Of a DNA stretch of 52,187 nt, positions 42,647 to 51,197 are shown piece after piece. Numbering within the stretch: the stretch's first letter is position 1; each line of letters begins with the position of its first letter. The notes beneath the pieces were generated by a model. That model did no database searches, had not been told where the DNA came from, and was given only the letters and a program-made list of their open reading frames with translations. The translations under genes and the position numbers were made by a program. The stretch is from Bacillota bacterium (lineage in GTDB: Bacteria > Bacillota > Sulfobacillia > SLMV01), in NCBI GenBank assembly GCA_046483165.1, contig JAWODQ010000024.1:1-52187 (forward strand), read 5' to 3'.

Positions 42647-42748
42647 CCTAATGGGACGATCTCGCGGTGGTGGTGAACGATCTGCGCGAGAAACCCCTTC
42701 CCATTTAACGTGGGCGAATTCTTCTGTAGGATCGTTGAACGGAGCCGC

Positions 42749-43975
42749 TTAACGATCCGTTTCTTCTGGCATAGAATGCCCGTGAGATACGGTGGGGAAC
42801 CCCCATTCCCAAAGCAGGAGGGTATATGCGGCGGCGGCGAGGCCGATCCCACCGACCAACCAGAATCCCCAGGCAAGTTTCAGGGCGTCGCTGATGGCGC
42901 CCACGAAAACCGGACCCGCGAACATTCCCAGTCCATAAATGGCCTGGAAGAATCCCATGGCGGAGGCTCGCTTGCTGTCGGGTACCGTCTTTATACTCAA
43001 ACCCATCAAAAGCGGCAGGATTAGCCCGGTGGCGAAACCGCCGATCACCTGCGTTACGTACAACAAGGGTAGGTAACTGATGAACGGAATGAGCCCGCAC
43101 GAGAAGGCCAGGACGAAGAAACTAAAGGCTATCGTTCGTCGCTCGCCAAACCGCGGCGCGAACACCGCACCACTCAGGGGTGCCGCGAGCACGCGGGGAA
43201 GCGTGGATAGCGTGGCCAAAAGTCCCACCCCGAAGGAACTGGCGCCGATTCTTTCGGCGGCGATAGGCGTGAAGCCATAGACGGTCGAAAAGGTGATCAG
43301 CTGGACCAGAATAGCCAAAAAAGAGACGACGAGCAATCCTCGATCTGTACCGACGGAGAGGAAGTCGGTTACGGTACCCGGTTCGCGTCGAGTTCGCTTT
43401 TCCACTATGCCGAATGAAAGGATCAGCCCGATCGCACCTCCCGCCATCGCCACCAGGAAGGGGGCACCCTGACCAAAATGTTCGGCGGCGGTTCCCCCTA
43501 GCATCATCGCGGTCATCTGGCCCACCGCGTTGAAGGCACTGATGTAACCGATGGCCCGTGGTGCCTCCTCCGGGGGAAAGTAACTCGAGAACAGGACGGT
43601 GTAGGCCACCCAGGTTGCGGCGGCGGCACCGGTCATGGCTCGGAAGGCCAGTAGCATCGCGGGGCTCGGGTACACCCACATTCCGAAAGCGGCGATCACC
43701 GCTATCGCCAGTCCGGCGATGACGAAGGGACGTCGGCGGTTGAGTCTGTCGGAGAGAATGCCCAGGGGAATGCGAAGGATCATCTGGGTAAACCCGTACG
43801 AGCCGATGATCAGCCCCACCATCCGATAGGTGGCACCCAGGGACTCGGCGTATCCCGGGAGAGTCGGAACGTAGGCATATAACGAGAACCAATAGAGGCT
43901 CGTCACCACACAGAATAGGAAGATGCGACGGCGCATATCGTTCATAATCGACCCCGCTTCGTTTGCCAATCTCAC
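42749..43975 (-). CDS. MFS transporter
   Basis: 12 TM helices and the loop 2-3 motif 'GILSDRLNRRRP'. Start is GTG 43975 or ATG 43945. Confidence 0.85.
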   Translation of the reverse strand: MRLANEAGSIMNDMRRRIFLFCVVTSLYWFSLYAYVPTLPGYAESLGATYRMVGLIIGSYGFTQMILRIPLGILSDRLNRRRPFVIAGLAIAVIAAFGMWVYPSPAMLLAFRAMTGAAAATWVAYTVLFSSYFPPEEAPRAIGYISAFNAVGQMTAMMLGGTAAEHFGQGAPFLVAMAGGAIGLILSFGIVEKRTRREPGTVTDFLSVGTDRGLLVVSFLAILVQLITFSTVYGFTPIAAERIGASSFGVGLLATLSTLPRVLAAPLSGAVFAPRFGERRTIAFSFFVLAFSCGLIPFISYLPLLYVTQVIGGFATGLILPLLMGLSIKTVPDSKRASAMGFFQAIYGLGMFAGPVFVGAISDALKLAWGFWLVGGIGLAAAAYTLLLWEWGFPTVSHGHSMPEETDR

Positions 43976-44320
43976 TTTAGGATATTCACCGTCATTCCGG
44001 CAATCGCCATCCGGGATCGTACAGCCTCCAGCACCACATTCCCTCGGTACCGGCGAGTCCTAAGCGGGGTGAAAGCGACAACAGAAGCATTCACGTCGGA
44101 CCTGGAGGTCCGTATCCGTCACAAGCGTCTTCTGATCGATGGGCGGCGATGCTTTCGCCGACGGAGACGGGCGTGGAGATAACCTCCGTTCATGCCCATA
44201 CCCCGAGGGAGGTGTCCGTTTTGACCACGGCTACTCCAAAGATCGCAGGAGGTATCGTCCCGACGGCGAAAACATCCCCGTATACTTCTGAGGGAGAACT
44301 TGGTGGAGGGAGAATGTGTG

Positions 44321-45646
44321 ATGAGCGGTGAATCGATCGCGCTAAGGGCGAACAGGCTTTGGTCTCACGGTAATCTCCTGGAGGACGTAACGGTCGCCGT
44401 GGAGGCGGGAAAGATTTCGGGTGTGTTCGGACGAGCTCGCGGAGGCGAGCGGATGGGAGATGTACTTCCCGGATCTATGGCTGGCAAGGTGGGTCTCGAA
44501 GGCCTCACTCGAGAGGATGGCTGGACGGTACTTCAGATGGATGAGGGCGTTACGTTGATGCCCGGGATGATCGATTGCCACGTGCATTTGGTCTTTCCCG
44601 GTGACGGATCGGAATTGCACGATGCCCTAAAACCCGACGATCACACTCTGTTGCTCCGGGCTTCGGATAACGCGGCGCGGGCCCTGGGAGCGGGGGTTAC
44701 CACGCTCGTTGATGCCGGGGCGCCGGGAGACATCATCTTTCCCCTCGCGCGGGGCATCGAATCCGGAGTGGCTCGCGGCGCTCGCGTAATACCGGCCGGG
44801 GCACCCATCACTATTACCGGCGGGCACTGCTGGCCGATGGGCGGGCAGGCCGACACCAAAGAAGAGGTCGTAACCCGCGTCAGAGCACAGATGCGAGACG
44901 GTGCCCAACTGATCAAGGTCATGGGCACGGGGGGAGGTACGCCCGGCACCAATTCTTACGTGCCCGTGTATCCTCGGGAAGTGCTCGAGGCAATAGTGGC
45001 GGAGGCCCGGCGCCTGGATCGTCGTACCCTCATCCACTCCGGGGCCACGGTGGCGACGCGTGCTGCCGTGCGTGCCGGTTTCGATGTAATCTTCCACGCC
45101 CATTTTCATCGTTCCGACGGCAGTCTGGTATACGACGATTCGCTGGTTGAGGAGATGCTGTCCGCAGGAACATGGGTCAATCCGACACTGTGGGTGAACC
45201 GGGTCTTGGGCGAAGTTGCCGAGCGCGAGGCTCGAGATGGAGTACGGGGCGCGGCGGAACGCGCCGAAACGCACAAGAAGCGCTACGATGGACAGAGAGA
45301 AAATGTAGCCAGGATGTTCGAGGCGGGAGTGCGACCGCTCATGGGATCCGATTCCGGTTGGGGACACGCGAGTTTCGAAGACGGGCTGCTTCGCGAATTG
45401 CAGTGTGCTTCCGAGCTGGGCATGTCGGCCGAAAGTCTCCTCGATTTGGTGACTGATGGGGCGGCCGGGTTTTTGGGTCGGGATGACCTGGGAGCGTTGA
45501 AGCCCGGTGCCGTCGCAGATGTCGTGGGGGTGGCGGGGTCCCCCTGGCGAGAAATCCGGGACCTCGAGGCCGTGGAATTCGTGATGTCCGGTGGGGCAGT
45601 GTACGCCGCGCGTTTTCCCTCGCAAACCGAAGGCGAAGTTCGCTGA
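44321..45646 (+). CDS. Amidohydrolase-family metallo-hydrolase (imidazolonepropionase / prolidase-like, COG1228-type)
   Basis: Contains 'MPGMIDCHVHL', 'QLIKVMGTGG', 'LIHSGA', 'HAHF' and 'MGSDSG'. ATG 44321 follows GGAGGGAG. Confidence 0.85.
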   Translation: MSGESIALRANRLWSHGNLLEDVTVAVEAGKISGVFGRARGGERMGDVLPGSMAGKVGLEGLTREDGWTVLQMDEGVTLMPGMIDCHVHLVFPGDGSELHDALKPDDHTLLLRASDNAARALGAGVTTLVDAGAPGDIIFPLARGIESGVARGARVIPAGAPITITGGHCWPMGGQADTKEEVVTRVRAQMRDGAQLIKVMGTGGGTPGTNSYVPVYPREVLEAIVAEARRLDRRTLIHSGATVATRAAVRAGFDVIFHAHFHRSDGSLVYDDSLVEEMLSAGTWVNPTLWVNRVLGEVAEREARDGVRGAAERAETHKKRYDGQRENVARMFEAGVRPLMGSDSGWGHASFEDGLLRELQCASELGMSAESLLDLVTDGAAGFLGRDDLGALKPGAVADVVGVAGSPWREIRDLEAVEFVMSGGAVYAARFPSQTEGEVR

Positions 45647-45692
45647 GCGCAGAAAATACCACTCGGTGATCCCCGGCATTTGCTCTCGGGGG

Positions 45693-45721
45693 TTGAACTG
45701 GTTTCCCCGCAGCTTTATCCT
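45693..45721 (+). promoter_or_regulatory. Candidate promoter for the MATE-like gene
   Basis: TTGAAC (45693-98), a 17-nt spacer, then TATCCT (45716-21). Confidence 0.3.
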
Positions 45722-45836
45722 TCTTTAGAATACTTGCGCCGTGGCCCGGACCCTTTCGCGGTTCGGGCCGACGGCTCCGGGGGGTAGGGCATTGCGGGCT
45801 GACGTGCGTTCCAGATTGGTTTCCCGAGGAATCGAT

Positions 45837-47144
45837 TTGGATCGCGTAATCCAAATTCTGAAGTTTCACGTACCCCTGGGTCTAACGACGACCCTGATAG
45901 CCAGCAGCATTTCCATCGTCAACGCGGGCTTTGCGCGCACGGCGAATCCGGAGATCGCACTGGCCGCGTACGCGGTGGGGCATACGGTGGTCAATGTCTT
46001 CGCCTCGCCGATAGTCCATACGCAACAGCTTCTGGTTATTTTCGGTAAGACCGAGGCCGGTTGGGCGAACGCGCGGAAGGTATTGCTGGGAGTGTCCGCC
46101 GCCGTTTTCGCCTGGATCGCCTTGATGGCGTTTACTCCGCTCGGAAGCCTGATCTACCTGAATCTGTTCGGTGCTCCTGCGAGTTTGATGGACGAGATCT
46201 TTCTCCTCATCCGCATATGCCTTTTCTTACCTCTGGTTTACGCCCTGCGGGCATCGGCCAACGCTTCGCTGATGCTACAGCGCCGCACTTCCATGATGAC
46301 TACTTCCCTGGTAGTCCGTCTCGCGGTCATGTTCGTGATGACGATACTGTTGCCCCGCACCTCGCTTCCAAGTATAGCCGTCGGAACGATTATCTGGGTG
46401 GGCGGTATCGGGGTTCAGGCCGTCGCAGGCACCATCTTCGCCGCCATGGGTCGTTCTCGTCAGGTATTTGACGTGGATGATGGGGATGCCAGCTCCGTCA
46501 GGGACTGCCTCGCCGTCCTCTGGCCCATCGTTCTTAACGGCTCTCTGATGATGCTGACCCTGCCGGTCATAAACGCCGGTCTTTCCCGGACTGTGAACCC
46601 GGAACGCAGCCTGGCGGTCTTCCAGGTGGCGTGGAATCTGGCCTGGATGTTCGTCGCCTTCATTCAAAACAACTTCCGGCAAACGGTTGTGGTCTTTTTG
46701 GAGAATGCGGCCTGGCTGTCGGCACTGAAAAGAGTCGGCTTCTGGATCCAGAGCGCGGTTTCGGGACTGATGTTGTTGCTGGTCATCACCGGGAGTACTG
46801 ACTTCATTATGTTGAGAATAATCGGTGTGGATGCCGGCCTCGTGGGGGACGCCCGCCTGATATTGTTGATCCTCTCGGCATTCCCGTTCCTCTGTGGAAT
46901 GATCGAATACCGGGCGGGAATCGCCATGCGAGCCAGAGACGTGGGGGTTGTCGGGTTGGCCAGGGTGATGGATCTCGTGCTCCTTTTGGTATTGGTTTTT
47001 GCCGTCGGCGCTCTATTCCCGGCTCTCGGCGCTTCCGTGGGACCGCTGGGAATGGTGGTCGGGGCGGCCGGGAATTACGCGGTACTGCGATTGCGAGGGC
47101 CGGAGAAACTCCCCGGAGGTCTAGTAGTGGGGGAGGGGGATTGA
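45837..47144 (+). CDS. MATE/MOP-superfamily-like 12-TM membrane protein (tentative)
   Basis: Internal two-fold repeat: 'LKFHVPLGLTTTLIASSISIVNAGFARTANPEIALAAYAV' against 'LAVLWPIVLNGSLMMLTLPVINAGLSRTVNPERSLAVFQV'. TTG 45837 lies 6 nt after GAGGA. The track start GTG 45741 has no SD. Confidence 0.65.
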   Translation: MDRVIQILKFHVPLGLTTTLIASSISIVNAGFARTANPEIALAAYAVGHTVVNVFASPIVHTQQLLVIFGKTEAGWANARKVLLGVSAAVFAWIALMAFTPLGSLIYLNLFGAPASLMDEIFLLIRICLFLPLVYALRASANASLMLQRRTSMMTTSLVVRLAVMFVMTILLPRTSLPSIAVGTIIWVGGIGVQAVAGTIFAAMGRSRQVFDVDDGDASSVRDCLAVLWPIVLNGSLMMLTLPVINAGLSRTVNPERSLAVFQVAWNLAWMFVAFIQNNFRQTVVVFLENAAWLSALKRVGFWIQSAVSGLMLLLVITGSTDFIMLRIIGVDAGLVGDARLILLILSAFPFLCGMIEYRAGIAMRARDVGVVGLARVMDLVLLLVLVFAVGALFPALGASVGPLGMVVGAAGNYAVLRLRGPEKLPGGLVVGEGD

Positions 47145-47153
47145 CCCCCTCCC
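47129..47153. other. 9-bp G/C hairpin spanning the stop codon of the MATE-like gene, between convergent genes
   Basis: GGGAGGGGG-ATTGA-CCCCCTCCC. No U-tract. Confidence 0.35.
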
Positions 47154-47160
47154 GAAGGGA

Positions 47161-48564
47161 CTATTTCAGCCTACCTTCCTCTTTAGCCCCGGCCAGGGCG
47201 GCGAAGAGTTCCGCGCTCGTGTGGATACCATCGTAGAAGCATTGCAGCTGCAAGTTTTCGTTCGGTGAGTGGTTATTCTCGTCGGCATTGGCGTAGGGAA
47301 CTCCGACGTGGGGGACTCCGAGATCGCGCGGCCAAACCGCGTTCGGAAGACTCCCACCGCTGGATAGGTTGATGAAGGGTTTTGCCCCCCGGGCGCTTTG
47401 CACGGCCTCTGCTATTACGGGTATAGTCGGGTGATCCGCCGGCGTCCGACTGGCCTCCATGCCCCCGATTCCCCGCACCTCGACCTCGACGCGCGGATCA
47501 ATCCGAGCTACGTGTCTCCGCAGTTTCTCCACCAGGTCCTCATAGGTTTGATCCACCACGGTCCGGATATCTATTCTGACCTCGGCCTCCGAGGGGATTA
47601 TGGTCTTGCTCCCCGGGCCCGTGTAGCCGGATATCATGCCGTTGATGTTGAAATAGGGCTCGAGCATTATCTTGCTATAATAGTCCTCTTTGGGCATATC
47701 GACCCGCGGCAGACCCATGGTGGCGCCGAATTCTTCCGGATCGAAGGGGAGCTTGGATATGATTTCCCGGTCCGTGTCGCTCACCGGTCTCACGTCGTCG
47801 TAAAATCCCTCGATTAGGACGTGACCGGAGGGGTCGACGGTATTTGCGAGCACATGTATGAGCATCCAGGCGGGATTGGGAGCGACTCCACCCTTATTCC
47901 CGGAGTGATTGTCGCGATCGGCACCCCGCGCCCGCAGGGTTACTCCTATCACGCCCCGATTTCCCAGGCTTATCAGGGGAGCGCCGCTGGGATGCTTGGT
48001 GCCGTCGGAAATCAGGACCAGGTCTCCCCGCAGCATCTCGCGGTTTTCCCTGACGAAGGTGGCCAGGTTGGGAGATCCGGATTCTTCCTCTCCTTCGAAT
48101 ACGAACTTGAGATTGATCGGGGGAGCGCCATATGTCTGCATCCACGCGGAGGCCGCGAGGACGTGGGTCAGCAGTTGCCCCTTGTTGTCCCCGGTCCCGC
48201 GACCGAAAAGGCGTCCCTCGCGGATCGTCGGCTCGAACGGGGGGCTTTCCCACAGCTCGAGGGGTTCGGGGGGTTGCACGTCGTAGTGTCCGTAACAGAT
48301 CAGGGTAAAGGCCTCGGGATCGCCGGAGGATATTTCGCCGTAGACTACGGGCTGGCCGGCGGTGGGAAGGATGCGGGAACTGACGCCCAGCTCTTCCAGC
48401 ATGCCCGCCAAAAGCTCGGCGCACTCCTTTACTCCCTCGTCGCGGGCACTTATGCTCGGTTGCGACACCAGTTCGATAAGATCCTGCAAGAACTCGTCTC
48501 GGCGCGCGTCGATGTTGTCGTGAACGTCTTTTCTTTCTGGCAAGGGGAACACTCCTTCGTGCAA
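47161..48564 (-). CDS. M20-family metallopeptidase (dipeptidase / deacylase)
   Basis: Contains 'YGHYDVQPP', 'LFGRGTGDNKGQ' and 'EGEEESGS'. TTG 48564, or TTG 48543 which lies 8 nt after GAAGGAG. Confidence 0.9.
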   Translation of the reverse strand: MHEGVFPLPERKDVHDNIDARRDEFLQDLIELVSQPSISARDEGVKECAELLAGMLEELGVSSRILPTAGQPVVYGEISSGDPEAFTLICYGHYDVQPPEPLELWESPPFEPTIREGRLFGRGTGDNKGQLLTHVLAASAWMQTYGAPPINLKFVFEGEEESGSPNLATFVRENREMLRGDLVLISDGTKHPSGAPLISLGNRGVIGVTLRARGADRDNHSGNKGGVAPNPAWMLIHVLANTVDPSGHVLIEGFYDDVRPVSDTDREIISKLPFDPEEFGATMGLPRVDMPKEDYYSKIMLEPYFNINGMISGYTGPGSKTIIPSEAEVRIDIRTVVDQTYEDLVEKLRRHVARIDPRVEVEVRGIGGMEASRTPADHPTIPVIAEAVQSARGAKPFINLSSGGSLPNAVWPRDLGVPHVGVPYANADENNHSPNENLQLQCFYDGIHTSAELFAALAGAKEEGRLK

Positions 48565-48643
48565 ACGGATTCTCCCGCACTTTTCGACATCGACGACGCT
48601 TATCCCCTCACATTGGGATGGGATGATCGGGGATAGGTGGGAT

Positions 48644-49159
48644 TCACTCTTCTGCGAGGAACCCCGCCTCCCGGAGCAGGGCTCGTGCCCGCTCGAGCTG
48701 AGCCATGGCGTCGAACTCGACGCGATGGAGATGAACTCCTCCCGTCAACTCGGACAGCAAGGAAATGCCCTCTTTTTGGACTCGCCGCGCGAATGCTTCT
48801 ACGTCTCGGCGGTCCTTTAGGAACAGATTACCGCGTAGATCACCGTAAAGCGGATGTTCCACCGTGACATCCACGACCCGCACGCCGGCATCGACCAGAA
48901 GCAGTAGTTCCTCTCGCGTGTCTTCGGCGCGATGACGGACGGCGAGCTGGGCATCGAGGGATCTGTTTTTGCTCGCGTCGTCCAGCTGGTATCCTTTCGG
49001 GGTCGCGAGGATTTTCTCGCCGCGCGCCCGGAGCACCGCGATGTCCGTTACGATCGCCTGGCGGCTGACTCCGAAATTATCCGCGAGATCCGCTCCGGTT
49101 AGTGGAGTGGGCGTGTCGCGCAGTTTTCCGATGATCGCTTCCCGGCGGTCGTTTACCAA
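48644..49159 (-). CDS. niaR: Niacin-responsive transcriptional repressor NiaR (HTH_11 + 3H domain)
   Basis: Contains 'LTGADLADNFGVSRQAIVTDIAVLRARGEKILATPKGY' and the three His blocks 'VRH', 'VEHPLYG' and 'GVHLH'. The TTG start overlaps the nadA stop by 7 nt. Confidence 0.85.
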   Translation of the reverse strand: MVNDRREAIIGKLRDTPTPLTGADLADNFGVSRQAIVTDIAVLRARGEKILATPKGYQLDDASKNRSLDAQLAVRHRAEDTREELLLLVDAGVRVVDVTVEHPLYGDLRGNLFLKDRRDVEAFARRVQKEGISLLSELTGGVHLHRVEFDAMAQLERARALLREAGFLAEE

Positions 49160-50208
49160 GGAGAACCGGTCCCTTCCACAACCGCGAACATATTCTGCAG
49201 GGCGGCCAGGGCGCCGGATTTCAAAGATTCCGGTACGGTGACCGTCCTGTCGTTATGGCCATCGGCGATGTCCCTCAAAGTATCGAGGAGATCGCCCACC
49301 GTCATGAGGTGCATGTCGTGACAGATCTGGGGAGATCCGAGATCCTCGATTTCGCGCCCGGGGTGCAATCGCCTCACGTGATCTACGAGATTTGTCTCGG
49401 TTCCCACGGCCCATCGGATGCCGGGTTCGGATCGTGCAACCGCCCGGACCATATGCGCCGTGGACCCCATTTCGTCGGCCAGTTCGCAGACCTCCGGGGG
49501 ACATTCCGGGTGGACGGCCACGCGCACGCGTCCTTCTTTTCGAAGCCTCGTCACGTCGTCCCGGGAGAATCGCATGTGCACGGGGCAGCCACCTCGCCAA
49601 AGGATTATCTCGGCGTCCTTCGGAGAAGGGTCGCCGAGGAACTGCCGAGTGGCCGGGTCGAAAGTGGCAATCTTTTTGGGTTCGACTCCCAGCGTCCGCG
49701 CGGTGTTGGCACCCAGGTTGAAATCGGGGAAGAAGAAGATGCGGGCTCCCCGTCTACGTGCCGCGCGAAAGATGTCCGTGGATGAAGAGGAGGTACAGGC
49801 GGCACCGTCGTGCTCCCCGCAAAAGGCCTTCAACTCCGTGGAAGAATTCACGTAAGTTATCGGCACGGTGTCCTCCGAGTCGCTTCCCAGGAGTCGCCAC
49901 GCCGCCTCGACATCATCCATACTCGCGGAATCCGCGAGGGGACAACCGGCGTCCGGCCGGGGTAGGTGCACGCGAGTTTCTTCTCCGGCGAGAAGGGAAG
50001 CGGTTTCGGCCATGAATCGTACTCCGCAAAATATCAGATGCCGCGCCCTTCGATTTTGGGACGCTATACGGGCGAGCTGCAGAGAATCCCCGATCTCATC
50101 GGCGAATCTCCGCATTTCTTCGGGTGCATAATAGTGGGCCACCACGAAAACGTCTTCACCCAATCGGGAACGCAAATCCGTTATCTGTCTTTCGATCTCC
50201 GTATTCAT
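49153..50208 (-). CDS. nadA: Quinolinate synthase
   Basis: Contains 'VVAHYYAPEE', 'IGDSLQLA', 'FCGVRFMAETA' and 'AGCPLADS'. The ATG overlaps the nadC stop (ATGA). Confidence 0.9.
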   Translation of the reverse strand: MNTEIERQITDLRSRLGEDVFVVAHYYAPEEMRRFADEIGDSLQLARIASQNRRARHLIFCGVRFMAETASLLAGEETRVHLPRPDAGCPLADSASMDDVEAAWRLLGSDSEDTVPITYVNSSTELKAFCGEHDGAACTSSSSTDIFRAARRRGARIFFFPDFNLGANTARTLGVEPKKIATFDPATRQFLGDPSPKDAEIILWRGGCPVHMRFSRDDVTRLRKEGRVRVAVHPECPPEVCELADEMGSTAHMVRAVARSEPGIRWAVGTETNLVDHVRRLHPGREIEDLGSPQICHDMHLMTVGDLLDTLRDIADGHNDRTVTVPESLKSGALAALQNMFAVVEGTGSPW

Positions 50209-51047
50209 CGCTCCGATTCCTCCAGAATCATGCTCAGATCCAGGGCGGGAGCGGAGTGAGTCAAAGAACCCATGGAGATTAGGTCGACGCCGGTTTGGGC
50301 CACGCTGAGAAGGGTGTCTTCATCGATTCCGCCGGAGGCCTCTACCGGGATGCTACTTCCGACCAGTTCCACGGCCTGACGCATCGAATCCACCGACATG
50401 TTGTCCAAGAGGAGAGCGCCTGCGCCCACCTTGAGGGCCTCGCGTACTCCGTCGAGGTCGGTGACTTCCACCTGTACCAGGATCGTGTGACCCACTCGAG
50501 TTTTCGCCCGGAGGATCGCATCGCGGATGGAACCGGCCGCCGTGATGTGGTTCTCCTTCAGCAGGACCCCGCCCGATAGATCGAACCGATGATTGGAGCC
50601 GCCACCAGCCCTCACGGCGTACTTTTCGAAGGCCCGCAACCCAGGGGTTGTCTTGCGGGTATCGATTATGCGTACGGGAAGGTCACCGATCGCGTCCACG
50701 GCCCGGCGGGTAGCCGTCGCGATACCGGAGAGGTGTGCGAGGAAGTTCAGGGCAACGCGCTCTCCCGATAGGAGGGCATTCATCGATCCCTCGAGTTTTG
50801 CCACTACATCACCGGCATTGCACTTTTCGCCGTCCGGGGTAATTGCCTCGTACGCGATGTCGGGGTCGAGTCGGTGAAACACCGCCCGGGCCACCCGGGA
50901 CCCGGCGATTACTCCCGCGGCACGGGCTTTTATCGTGGCTCGAGCGCCGGCGCCGCAGGCGATTACGGCTTCTGTGGACAGATCTCCCCAGCCAAGATCT
51001 TCATCGAGGGCCGTTTCTACGGCCCTCTGAATGGCAATAAGATTCAT
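50205..51047 (-). CDS. nadC: Nicotinate-nucleotide pyrophosphorylase (carboxylating)
   Basis: Contains 'ALDEDLGWGDLST', 'IDTRKTTPGLR', 'GGGSNHRFDL' and 'LLLDNM'. ATG 51047 (MNLIAIQ...) follows AGAGAGG; the track start at 51110 is rejected. Confidence 0.9.
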   Translation of the reverse strand: MNLIAIQRAVETALDEDLGWGDLSTEAVIACGAGARATIKARAAGVIAGSRVARAVFHRLDPDIAYEAITPDGEKCNAGDVVAKLEGSMNALLSGERVALNFLAHLSGIATATRRAVDAIGDLPVRIIDTRKTTPGLRAFEKYAVRAGGGSNHRFDLSGGVLLKENHITAAGSIRDAILRAKTRVGHTILVQVEVTDLDGVREALKVGAGALLLDNMSVDSMRQAVELVGSSIPVEASGGIDEDTLLSVAQTGVDLISMGSLTHSAPALDLSMILEESER

Positions 51048-51085
51048 TGGAAACCTCTCTTTCGACGTGTCATTTTGACTCTCAC

Positions 51086-51115
51086 ATTCTCCTGTCATGT
51101 CAGGTGTCATGTCAA
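51086..51115 (-). promoter_or_regulatory. Candidate nadC promoter with an overlapping NiaR-type operator
   Basis: The minus strand reads TTGACA (51115-51110), an 18-nt spacer, then GAGAAT (51091-51086). The -35 box and spacer are filled by two copies of TGACATGACA separated by CC, which on the plus strand are TGTCATGTCA at 51093-51102 and 51105-51114. The sequence contains the CAGGTGTC core that I recall from NiaR boxes. A third GTGTCAT lies at 51067-51073. Confidence 0.45.
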
Positions 51116-51197
51116 CAAGAAAGCGAATGATACGGAGGAGTGCGCTACGAAAGAGAGAAGCTCATCTTAGTACGAAGGAACGAGAGGGGGACATCTT

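Noticed and set aside
44627-45679. 350-aa ORF antisense to the amidohydrolase at 44321..45646
   Set aside because: Shadow ORF. The plus-strand product has the full set of amidohydrolase metal ligands.
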